Source of the DNA: Takakia lepidozioides
Lineage: Eukaryota; Plantae; Bryophyta
Direction of reading: 5' to 3'
Assembly (NCBI GenBank): GCA_030704615.1
Contig: CM060733.1
Coordinates: 48,236,001-48,300,000 of the forward strand
Length of the DNA: 64,000 bases
In this document: positions 49,424-61,400 of the stretch, one piece after another
Layout of the letters: every line of letters starts with the position of its first letter
How positions within the stretch are numbered: position 1 is the stretch's first letter
Position numbers and translations under genes: made by a program
Notes under the pieces: model-generated
What the model was told of the DNA's origin: nothing
The model's database searches: none
Seen by the model: the letters and a program-made list of their open reading frames with translations, nothing else

Positions 49424-52400
49424 ATGGCAATGTTCCACTCCGAGTTGAACGTCGACCTTTCCTTGGTCAGGCCCGATCCCATGGCTAATCAGAGCTACCA
49501 TGACATGGAACTGCGAAATTATGATTCTCCAGAAAATTTTGAAATTGTATGCATGAATGTACAAAATCCGCATACTACCAATAGTTCGACTAAAGGCAAG
49601 GAACAGCTGAGAGATGAGGATTACGGACATATGCTTGCAAGCGAGCAAGAACCCAACATTAACGAATTAATACCTCAGCAAAGTCAATTGTGTTATGATA
49701 CTCAAGGTGGTGCACTTGCCATCGAGAAGTGGTGTCCCATTTGTGGAGAAAGTGATTCAAAATGTATTTGCTGGATGCCTATGCATGCCGGTGAATCTAG
49801 CACTTCATCCTACTTGAATGATCAGAGCGATGCAGGTAGGTTGTCAACACCTTGTGACATATTACACCCTCCGCGGAATCGAGGTGAGTTTGGCAAACAT
49901 TCAACAGCTGCTTCCCCTTCCAACGTGTCTCGCAATGCTATGCCTAATCATCTCTCTCAAGATGGAGAAGGTAGAGGGCAGCAATTTATGGACTTTGATG
50001 AGAGAGTCCAGTATGATCCTATTAATCAGCAAAGAGTTGACCAGGTAAATGACTCTAATCCACTAGTCTAGAGAATGATTGTCTTTAGATCTACAATTCT
50101 CAACTGAACATCTCACCATTCAAGTCTAATTCCATGTCTCACCGTTAGGTCTCACCACTTGAGTCTTATCTAATGACTAATGAGATGGATCTGATCAAGT
50201 ATAACTACACAAAAGATAATTTTTCTCTTTTTCTTTTTTATTGCGAAACTAGAGGAGACTAAAAATGGTATCTGATTTTGAGATGGTGATTCTAGATAGT
50301 CTTTTTAAAGTGCATTAAGAAATAATACATGTACTATGGGCGCACATTGTCCGATTTAATTATGGAATTATATCCTTATGCACAACAACATTGCTTACTT
50401 TTGAAATGGATGCAAATTAACTTGTGTGTTCAGATATTCTTGACATGCACCTTTGGGTAATTATGCAGACTTATTGGGACACTATACAAAAGCAAAAAGC
50501 AGAATGGGAAACCGCAAAACAGAAAGCGATGATTGTGGCACATCCTTCATATCCAGAACTATTGGCGGCCCACGCTGCTTGCCTTTGTGTTGGTACATCT
50601 GTGGCTCAACTCCAAAATCTCGATGAGCAACTAATGCAGGCTCCGATTGTAAGCCAGAAATATTCAGTTTTGGACCTTGATCAGTTTGAGATCAGTCCAG
50701 ATGAGAAGGCGGAGCTTGATCTTTTCATGGTGAGAGACCACTGAACACAAGAAGATTGGATTAATCATTATAGTGCTATTGGTACATATATTAGAGTAAC
50801 CAAGTCTCCTCTTATTTGTATTGCCCAGGAAAAACAGACCAAACTTATGTTCACGATCTATTCCAAAGTTGTGCAAAGATTAATTTGACTTAGGCTCCTA
50901 TTTAGTCTAGACTCACTCTTATTAGTTTGAACATAATTGTCTAGGCACTTCATTTCAGATCCTTGTCTTTTGTTTTTGTCTTTAGATCCCGCAAATGGTA
51001 GGTTGATTTCTAAAGAACTGGCCTTTTTGGACATTGTACTAGGTCCAATACATTACGCTCCTTGTTGCCTTCAAGGAGCAGTTAGAGCAACATGTTTACA
51101 GCGATGTGACTCAAGCTATGGCATCCTGCTGGGATGTGGAGCAGGAACTTTACAAACTGACAGGTAACGTAAGGGTTTCTACATATCATTTATAATCATA
51201 TATATACTGCCCAAAATGAGAGCTCTAGAATACTTGGAAAACTTGGATGCTAGACCTTGGTGTGCTGTGTTAGTATTGCTAGAGGAAGTGACATATAAAA
51301 ATAGTGCGCCCCAACATAGAAAACTCTCCAGTATAGTAGAGGTGTATTTTCTCAAAAGTGCGTTAATCATGCACACTTAACCTAGCAAGTATAGATCCAT
51401 AGGGTACTAGTTCTAGTTAAACCGGGGTACCGAGGTACCTCCCGGAGCCATTGTCTGGTCTGAGTACAACCATCAGGGGTTATACCTGTAGGACCATTCT
51501 CAAAAGACACCTTTTAGAGGCAATTGATGCATGTTGGCCTATCCATACTAACCTGACACAAGGAATCATGAAAGACAATGGATAGATGTAGATGTCGTAT
51601 TAGTCAGATTAATTGCTAATGACTTGAGCTCCCATTTTGCTGTACCTCTGTAGGATATTAGATCCAACTGCGGAGTTGAATTGGAAGGGCCTATATAAGT
51701 TAGTAAAAAAATGTTATTTTGGGAAGTGTGTCGTGCGCATACATATCGCTACACAACTACATCGCTGTCCAAAATCACACAACACATGTGCACACCAAAC
51801 ACTAGTCTATCACTAGTCCACCACTAGTGCTCCACTAGGCTGCCACTAGACAATCACTAGTCACCACTAGTGCAACCACTAGTCCACCACTAGTCTGCTA
51901 CTAGCCACCACTAGTCTGCCACTAGCCACCACTAGTGCAGCCACTAGTCCAACCACTAGGCTGCTACTAGCCACCACTAGGCTGCCACTAGCCACCACTA
52001 GTGGCTGTCACTAGTCCATCACTAGGCTGCCACTAGTCCATCACAATGATAAGGAAATGAATGATACAAGCATACAAGTTCTCTCAAACTCACACACTTG
52101 CACATGAAAACATCACTCATATATTAAGTCGAGCCAAGTGCACCCCACGCCATGGGAAATCCATACTATGGCGCCATAGCTAGACGCAAAGAGGCTCAAC
52201 TCAAGAAAGATGAGCCCACCGCGATCTGCCGTGAAGATAACAACGTCAGGTGCCCAAACATGTATCGGCCCCTGGATTGACACTTGGGTCAATCCCAAAT
52301 GTCAATATATAAAAGCTAGCTATTTCCTAGCTAACTTCACACTAGTGGTAAAATAACTTGACAGCTGTCGTGCACATACATATCGCTACACAACTACATC

Positions 52401-55400
52401 GTTGTCCAAAATCACACAACACATGTGCACACCAAACACTAGTCTATCACTAGTCTACCACTAGTGCAACCACTAGTCCATCACTAGGCTGCCACTAGCC
52501 ACCACTAGTGCAGCCACTAGTCCAACCACTAGTCTGCCACTAGCCACCATTAGTGCAGCCACTAGTCCACCACTAGTCTGCCACTAGCCACCACTAGTGC
52601 AGCCTCTAGTCCAACCACTAGGCTGCCACTATCCACCACTAGTGGCAGCCACTAGTCCATCACTAGGCTGCCACTAGTCCATCACAATCGTCCCCCTAGC
52701 TGGCGCTTAGGTCCCTCCAAGTCCAGGTAGCCACAAGGTGATAGTGGCCATAGCCTCACTAAGTCCACCACTGTCCCTACTACACTCAAACTCAATAGAT
52801 CAAGAGGCCAGGTACAAGAGTTGCCCCATCGTTAGTCGCCGTCTTACAACCTGTGAACTTCAGCCTGAGATCTCGGGTATTGACTCCTATGAGCTTGGCC
52901 TCCCATGTCTTGTTAGCTGCCACTAATCATATCCACTGTCACTATCCCAAGCAGTATGGACATAACCAATCTTCATCAGGAACCCTCTCAAGAGGTGGTG
53001 TCAAGCATCCCATGTGCCAACCTCTTGAGCATCGATCACACACCAGCATAGTGGCGGCACCACGAGCATGCCCACATAGCATGCAACGCAACCCTGCAAA
53101 TACCACTGCAAGGGTGGGATCTATCCTCCCATCCACATGTGGAAGGTGACATGGCGCACAATTACGCACATGGTCCTTCCATACTATACCATCTCGACCC
53201 TCCAGAATCAACACTCCTGAAGGCAACACCTCCCTGACCCTTAGAATCACACGTCTTGCTGTGACATCCAAGGTCGTGGGCGCTATCTGCTTCACATACA
53301 CACAGTCCCCAGGGTGGAAATGCCGAACACCTGGCCGATATCATACCTCAATGTGTCTTGGTGTTGGGCAATAGCAAAATTCTCAAAAGCCATAAGCATG
53401 ACTCTCTTGAACAACTCTGCCCGATGGGCACATGCTTGTGTCCACACATCCGGATCATCAAGGTTGAGGACTACTGCAGACTCCGTGCGAATAGACGCAG
53501 ACAAATCTGGCTCTCGGCCAAAGAGAATGAAGTATGGTGAGAAGGAGGCAAGTGATGCTTGCTTGCTAAACCTGTAGCCCATGGCTAGCCAAGGTACCTG
53601 AAGAACCCAATCTCCTAGGTGTCCCTTTTGCAAGCCATACTTGCATAAACCCCTCTTTACCGTCTGCACCACTCTTTCTACCAAGCCATCGCCCTCAGGA
53701 TGATCCCGAAAAGTGGTACGGTGGTCTATCAAGGCTTTATCACACAAAGCCTGAAACTCCCCCAAGAACTCTCTCCATTGGTCCATGAGTACCTCAACTG
53801 GAGCACCGAATCGGCTACCTAGCACACGATCAAGAATGCATACGCAGCCCCCTCACTAGCCTTGTCAGGCAATGGAACCAACTCAATCCACTTGGAGAAG
53901 TGCTCCACCATCACTAATACATATCTGTGGTGACGCATCGTCAATGGCAACGGCCCTGCGAAGTCAAGACTCCACATGTAGCCCAATCCCATGATGGGTA
54001 AATGATGCAACTGTGGTGTAGGGGCGTTGAATGAAGCACACACCCTGTCACACACCATGCACCTAGCCACGAACTATTGCACCTCTGTGTGCATACCACG
54101 CCACAATACTGCCCCTGCAGTAAACTATGAGTGCGTCGCACTCCAAAATGCCCCACTCCTCATGGGCATGCCGCACTAACCGTGCACGCTTGTGTGTTGG
54201 GTGAGGCACGATCCTCACCCGACCATCCTCCCACACTCGAAGCAGGTGTATCCCCTCCCACTTGAACCTCTTGGCTCGTTGCAAGATTTGATCCCTGTCC
54301 TTGGCAATCACACTAGTGCCGTGTCTCAAGTGCGGAGGTAGTCCAATACAACCGAATCCTCATATATATCTCTGGCACCACCTGGCTCATCACTAGCCTT
54401 AGGGTCCTCAGACACTCCGTCTACAGTCATCCTGTTGTAGGTCCAACCTGACCTCCCGATGCCAAGATACACAAAAAGACAGATGCATGTCATTCCGGCA
54501 CCATCTCCTCGTCCGTCTCACCATGCCACCGAATTCCAATGTCATCCTGCTGGCTCGTGCATGGATTGCGACTCAATCCATCCGCATCCCTATTGACCAA
54601 ACCCGGTCGATGCACAACCTGAACATGTCTCTCATGCTCCTCCACCGTAGCATGAGAGGCAAAGCAATTCCTGTAAGCCTCAGGAACTGCCGTATACGTC
54701 GTCTCTCTCCTCTAGTGACAATGGGTCCAATGTCAGGCTCTCAATTGCCCTTCGTAACTGCAACCTTAAGTCCAGCAGACTTAGAGGTAGAGGACGCGTC
54801 CCGTGGTTGCTATGCCGCAACCTCTTGAGCAGTACTCCCTGCCTGATCAGTCTATGACAAGGCCTCATCCTGCCCCATCATCTCATCCTTGAGGACCTCC
54901 TCAACCCGAGAAGAATCCCCAACCTCATCCATCACAGCCGTCTTGGCTGCCAACTCCCTCTGAACCTCGAGCACCTCCCACGTGTGCCATGGATGTCTAC
55001 ACCCTGTGGTCCTCACCGGCTCGCCCCCACTCACTGTCTGTACCGTCTTGGTAGGCAGAGAGACCGTCAAGGGAAGTGCACTCCGCACTCTACGTTGCTC
55101 AGCCATAGCCAAGCTGATAATCCAAGTCAAGCAATTGAGATCCATCGATTGCCCCAACACCTGACGACGTGATGCCTTAGAAAGAAAAGGCACCGCCGTG
55201 GTCCCAGTGGAAAAACCCATAGCCCGCTCATCGCTCGTCGCATTAGGTTCCACTAACTGCTGCAACTGAGCATCCAACAGGAGGCCAGGTCCACTATCCC
55301 GGAAAGCATACGATCCTGGGAAGTTGAGAGTGTAGGTAGTGCTGCTCGTGGTTGATCCACCTTGTTGACCATTGCCAAAGAGAAACGGTCATCACGTCTC

Positions 55401-58400
55401 AAACGCTGAGACTGCCTCCCTGTGTCCAAAATGCTATCCACTGTGAGGTGTGCTAGCCGTTGCACCCCATCAAATGCACGCTTAAGCAGTGCGGGTAGCA
55501 TCAAGTTAGTCCACCATAACCGTGGACGATGAGCCCGAGACCCCACTGCAGCTGCATCCAGCAACACTGCTGATCCAAGCCACGACCGGACTTGATGCAC
55601 ACTGGCCATCACCCTGGCCCGAGAATCGCCCATCAGTGGCACATTCTCCAAGATGTATGCTGGAGATACAGCCTGATGAAGCTGTAAGTGGCGCAAAACC
55701 CGCACCATCTCCCAAAACAGTCCCGACCTCGAGTCTCGTAATCCATTGTTATGCCCGGTTGATAAATGCCCTTGGCAGGGCCAACCTGCCACTACCAGAT
55801 CAATGGAGCCAACCCTCTCCAAATCCTGCGCCCCCAGCAACAAAATGTCTGTTGGCAAGGCCTGCTGATACCCACGAACTGTAGACACCGGCAACAACTC
55901 AGGGTACTGCTGCACCAACTCAGCAACATGGCGTAGGGAGACGTGTCGTGCAATCTCATCTTTCTCTACATATAAGTACCGCCGTACTCGTACACCTACC
56001 TGTCCGGTGCTGATCCCGCCAAACAAGTCCAGAAGGCAAATGCCTTCATCCGGACACTGCCACACGATCGGTGTGGTGTCCAATGGAGACAACTGAGGTG
56101 GTCCTGGTGCAATCCCCGCACCATCCTCCTCTCCTGACGGTACAAAAGCCTCTACCCAGGCTTGTTGCACCCGTCGATCAGCAACCCGCTGCAAATCCTT
56201 GCTTGAGCCCCACAATGGAGTGTGAGCAACCATGGCAGGCAACTCCGCCATACCATACATGTCATCCTGCTCTTCCGGAGGTGACACATCTTCTGAATGA
56301 GTGTTGTCATCCAACAACTCTCCAGGCCAAGTCACTGCAGTTGTGAATGCTGCCAGTGTCGGCATCTTGCCTCGCTGGGCAACCGCAACTCCTTCTATGA
56401 ACGTCAGAGGGAGCTGCACACGCCGGGCCTCCCCTGACTGCCATCCAGGCCTATAGGAAGCTGACTCCTCCCAATCCAGGGTGAAGCCCATGGGGTACAA
56501 CACTGCCCCACCAACAAGGACATCGTACGAGACCGTGTCTGTCACAATGGCCTTGGCTCTCGTCACTGAGCCATCTGTAGGATGATCCGACTGTAATCTG
56601 ATAGCCAACTCACGCCATGTCATGCCCCAAACCTGCTCTGATCCTCCCAGCAATGTCTGTATCTAGAAAGGGCACGGCTCCATATCCGCCTCCGTGAGGC
56701 CCAAGCCTGCAATAGCAGCTCTGCCCAACATCAAATGGGCTGAGCTCCCAAGTCCAACAAGACTCGCAGTGGCCGGAACCTCTTGCCTGCCGGTCCACTC
56801 AAACAGAAAATATCATCCTGGTTGTCTAACATGACAACTCCAGGTGTCATCATGGTGCGCTCAATGGTTGACCTAGCTGGCAGCTCCATCAACCTGGCAG
56901 CTGCAGCTTGCCATGGCGCCGCCATGGCAGTCTTGACCCTCACATCTGAGGATCCCTCTGGCACTACACCTCCCACTATCTCCACAGAAGATGAAGTAAC
57001 CTCCCCACTCTCACATAGTGTAGCTGCCAGCCTGAAGACCTCAGCTGGTCTTACCCCCGGTATCACAATCATGGTAGCCGAGAACAATGGAGCCTGGCAC
57101 ACAGCTGTGGCCGCCCCCAGCAGCACACTAGCTGCCGTAGCCTTGGCAATACTAGGTAGTGGTGTTGCCCGTGTAGCTCTTCCCAATGGCATAGTAACCT
57201 CCGCCTCGGTAACAGTCGGGCGAGAACTAAGTGCCATGGAAGGCGTCGATATTGTCTCCGCCAATGTGAATGACTGAGGAAGCCTGGCCTGACGGCTTGC
57301 CTCCCCACGTTGTGGATCCATCCACCTCCGCACCTTGTGGCTCAGGAACTCGTGCTGCTCCTTGAGTCACTGCCGCAGCTGACTCCACTTGCACTAGTGG
57401 TAGTCCTGCCCCGCACATAGTGGTAGTGGTAGTGCTACCCAGCACTAGTGGTAGTGGTGCCCCACCCACAGTGGTAGTGGTAGTGGCACCCCTCACCAGT
57501 GGTAGTGGCGCCACCATAGTGGTAGTGGTAGTGCACCCCTCACTAGTGGTATTGTTGCCTCGCACATGAATCCCATTCATCCCATGTCTCCTCCCTCAGG
57601 AGCAGGAGGTGGACCACCATCCGGCTTTGGAGCCGGTACCACCTGCGGTGTGAGCTGTGGCCCATGGCAAGCGATGCTCTGCTCTACTGCTGAAGCCGGT
57701 TGGCCATGCCTTGGTCACCACCCTGACCTCCGCGTCCTTGGCCATGTTGAGCTTGCCCTTGGCCTAAATACACCTCGTGCCTGGCCACCTCGTCCTCTCT
57801 GGGTTGCTCCACCTCGCCCCCGGCCACGACTGTTCCCTTGAATGGGGCGCAACTTAGGATACAAACCATAGCAACTGGAGCTTCTCATGCCCGTTACTTG
57901 TCCACAATGCCCACACTGCAACTGTCTGCAGGCTGTAGCCGTAGGGGTGCCCAAACCGATTGCCCTCCCTCTGGGCAATCCTTCTTGACATGGGGTTCCC
58001 CCACATGTCCAGCCATACCACTCCGCCCCGTTGTTGCGCCAGCAAAATGAAGGGAAGACCCCTCCTAGCCATATGACAGGTCCTCTATGTCTTTCCCTGG
58101 GCTTACCTGAGCTCCACTTCTTCGCATATGAGTACGTTGAGGGCGGTGGTAAGTGGCCTGGCTTAGGAGTACCCCTACCTCGTTGTGCATCCTTAGCAAA
58201 TACCTACCATGACACTCGTTCCTCCACCATGTTGAAGCCCATCCGCTCTGCCAGCAAAAAACACATTTGCCTGCTAAGGTGGATTGGGCCACTTGTAGGA
58301 GAGTTGCCCCATCCCGCCACCCCCCCCCTCTTCTCCTCAGCCTCCTTGTCCAATTTCCGTACCAGAAGAACTGAGAACTGCCCAAGCCTCCGTAACCACT

Positions 58401-61400
58401 TGGGTTACATTTATCAAGCGCCTCATGTGAGTGAATGCGGAGCAGCACTACCACTAGTGCAGGTGGAGTCTGCTGCAGCCGTGACTCGAGGAGCAGCACG
58501 AGACCTCGCCAACACAAATTACGTACGACAACGGCCATTGGGAGCCACGTCACTTGGGATAATCTGCCGAAGTGCAAGCAAGGAGCGGGAGCCCGCTTAG
58601 GGAATTCCAAAAAGGCCTTGATGTGAAATGCATCGCCAATCACTTGATCACCCCCCTAAAAGTGCGCAATTCAACTAGGCTTCCGTTGGAACTCTTGCAA
58701 ACTCCTCAACTTCTCTATCCTCACCCCTTGGTAATTCCTTCCTCACTCTTCGAAGAACTCCACAACAGGGTTGAAAACAGGCACCGCCACTGGTGCTGGT
58801 GCAGCAGTAGCTTGGGTGGACGTCGTAGTTGCTGTACCACTAGTCCCACTACTGCTCGTGGAAGCTGCTGTTGCTGGTGCAGCTGCCGGTGTGGCTGCTG
58901 CCCTTGTGCCTCTAGTGATGGAGACATAGTCGGGTGACGAGTACATCCTCCACTCCTCGATCTCAACATCGTGCCCCCGCCTAAACTCATGGTAATCATC
59001 CATGGGCGGCCCCTCAAGGTGCTAAAACAACCCCTTCCATGCCATGAAAGGCGTAAACAGTTGTGGATTGCGCATTTGCTGCAAGTCACACTAACTATCA
59101 AACTCTTGGATAAAATCATCCAACTCAATGGTGCCCACCGCCCCAGAGTACCTACGTAGCCCCTTGGTGGCTCCATACATCTCCTCCATTGTGTCCCACA
59201 ACAATGGCAAGGAAACAACTTGCACCGCCGGTGTGAGTCCTCCTGATTCACAATCCAAATCAGAACCTTCCGTAGAAGACACAGGAGGTGAAGGTGGCCT
59301 AAACCACACACACCCCGTCTGTTATACACCCGCTAGTATGCTAGTGCTCGTACCAGCACTTTCCCAAGCAACTAGTGGCACCTCCGTGTTGACAAACTGA
59401 CACTCAACCGGTCATGAACATGTCTCGAACCCCCTCTCTACAAGGTATCCGGGTAGAGAACTTGATGCGGCTTATGGTTTGGAATACTAGGTTCCTAACA
59501 TAGTCTGCACCTGCACCTGCATCCACCGCAGGCACTCCCATGGTTGACTGGTCATCACCTCCAACCTCACCACAGGAGAAACAAAGATGGTCTGACTGGT
59601 CATCAACCCAGCCTCACCATCGACAACATGCTCTAGGGTTGGATCGGCGATCAAGCCCGAGTAAACCACCTATAAAATCAAGCGCTCACACAAAACTAGC
59701 ATGGCACACAATCAAGCATGCAGGTGTGGAAGGGATCCAAACACAAGAATGAAAACAACAACTCCCCCACACCAAAAATCTCTCCACAGTGTCGCTCCTG
59801 CAACCCAGCCCAAACCCGGACTGACTCTTGCCTCCACCTACGGAAAGGTCTCGGCCTACAGAGAAGGTGGAAAGCTACGAGGAAGGGAAGCTAAAGCAAT
59901 GCCTATCCCAATCACGCTCTCATCCCAACACCCTCTTTTTTTCCTCTCTTCTCTCACTTGCATGACCATGAGAGCATCCTGTAGACACTCCTCAAACCGC
60001 CCTCCACGAGCCTATGAAACTTGGCCTCCAAGGCCCCATACAAGCCTCCATAGGGTCCGCTAGTGCCTCCTTACGTCCACCAGCCATTCCTCCGAATGGA
60101 ACCACCTCAGGAAACCACACCATTCGCTGAAGGTTCAAAAATGGAGCAAATAGAGGTACATATAGGCCCCAACAACATTCTGTCCAAAGGAATTACCTGC
60201 AGGCTGGTCTCCCCCATAGTTAAGAATTGGGCTGAAAACCAGAAAAGATTACCTACATGGGAGTAATCCCCTTTGTTAAAACGCAACAGGGAGGCAATTC
60301 CGACTTTTCTGCCAGCCAGCTCAAAACCGTTGTTCTACAGATCCCTGCCTCCCCATCAAGGTCCAACGAAACGAATGAAAAAAAGTTTTTTTTTTTTTTT
60401 TTTTTAAATTTCCACTCTGCCTGTTCGCGGCCTTTCTTGGCTCCAACCACCACTACTCCTCACGGCCCGCCCTAGGCGCTCGTTGGCCACGGGCTGCCTA
60501 GTGATACCCCGTAGTACCACTCCCACGAGCCTTCACGGCCCGCCATCCCCACGATCCGGTCACCGTGCCCACCCGTTGTGTCCGCACCACGACTTCCAAC
60601 GGTCACGGTCAACGGTCACAGTCAACCATCACGACCTGGGCTCGTGGTATCTCGTGATACCGCCCCAACGGCCCATCACGACCACTATTCCCTGCATTCC
60701 CTAGAACTCCCAACGAGTTCCCATGAGTTCCCGAGGCGTTCCCGGACGTTCCCGAGCTCTTCTCGAGCTGGGGTTTGCTCCAGCACCTGCTGCCAACGAG
60801 CTATGGCTTCTGCGGAGCCATCAGCCCCGTTGCCTTGCACTCCTGAGCTCTCACGGCCCACCAGAAGTGCCTCCAACTCAACACGCATTCTATATCCTGC
60901 CCAACAAGCTCCATTTTCTTCATGAAGCTCACAAAAACAAATATGAAAATACACACCTTTACAAACTTGGTGCACTTGCACTTCTCATGCATCTCCCTTG
61001 GCTCTAGGGCGCCTCGTTGCTGCCCTTCCAGCCCCGCTCTTGCCACTCCAAGAGCCCTTACACTGCTGAGTTTCAGATTGAAACTACAACTCAGCACATG
61101 CTTCACAAGTGCACTGATTTGCACACAAGAGGGACCAGCCCCCTCTCTTCACTCATACCTTTTGAGCTTGGAGCTGAGGCTCCCAACGGGCTGCGATGCA
61201 TCCCCTTGCAGCTCCACCATTCGGCTGCTCCTCATCTACCCGCAACAACTAGTTTCGGGCAGAAATACCTGGAGCTGATCATATCATCTCCAACCTGCAA
61301 CATGCTAGTTTCCCATGCGCAGCCCTGCAGCTCCTTTACTCGGCCTGCAGCTGAAGAAGACAACCACCAGTTCGCCCACTCGTGGCCAACATATCCTCCG

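Noticed and set aside
51729-52686. A-B-A as an independent TRIM or nested LTR element inserted at the 3' LTR
   Set aside because: The same junctions occur in three copies from two subfamilies, the host PPT abuts A1, there is no TSD around A...A, and the TSD spans B...A
55100-56045. Bacterial restriction-modification contamination or a host DNMT gene
   Set aside because: Intronless, embedded in pol in two element copies, and flanked by plant intron-containing genes
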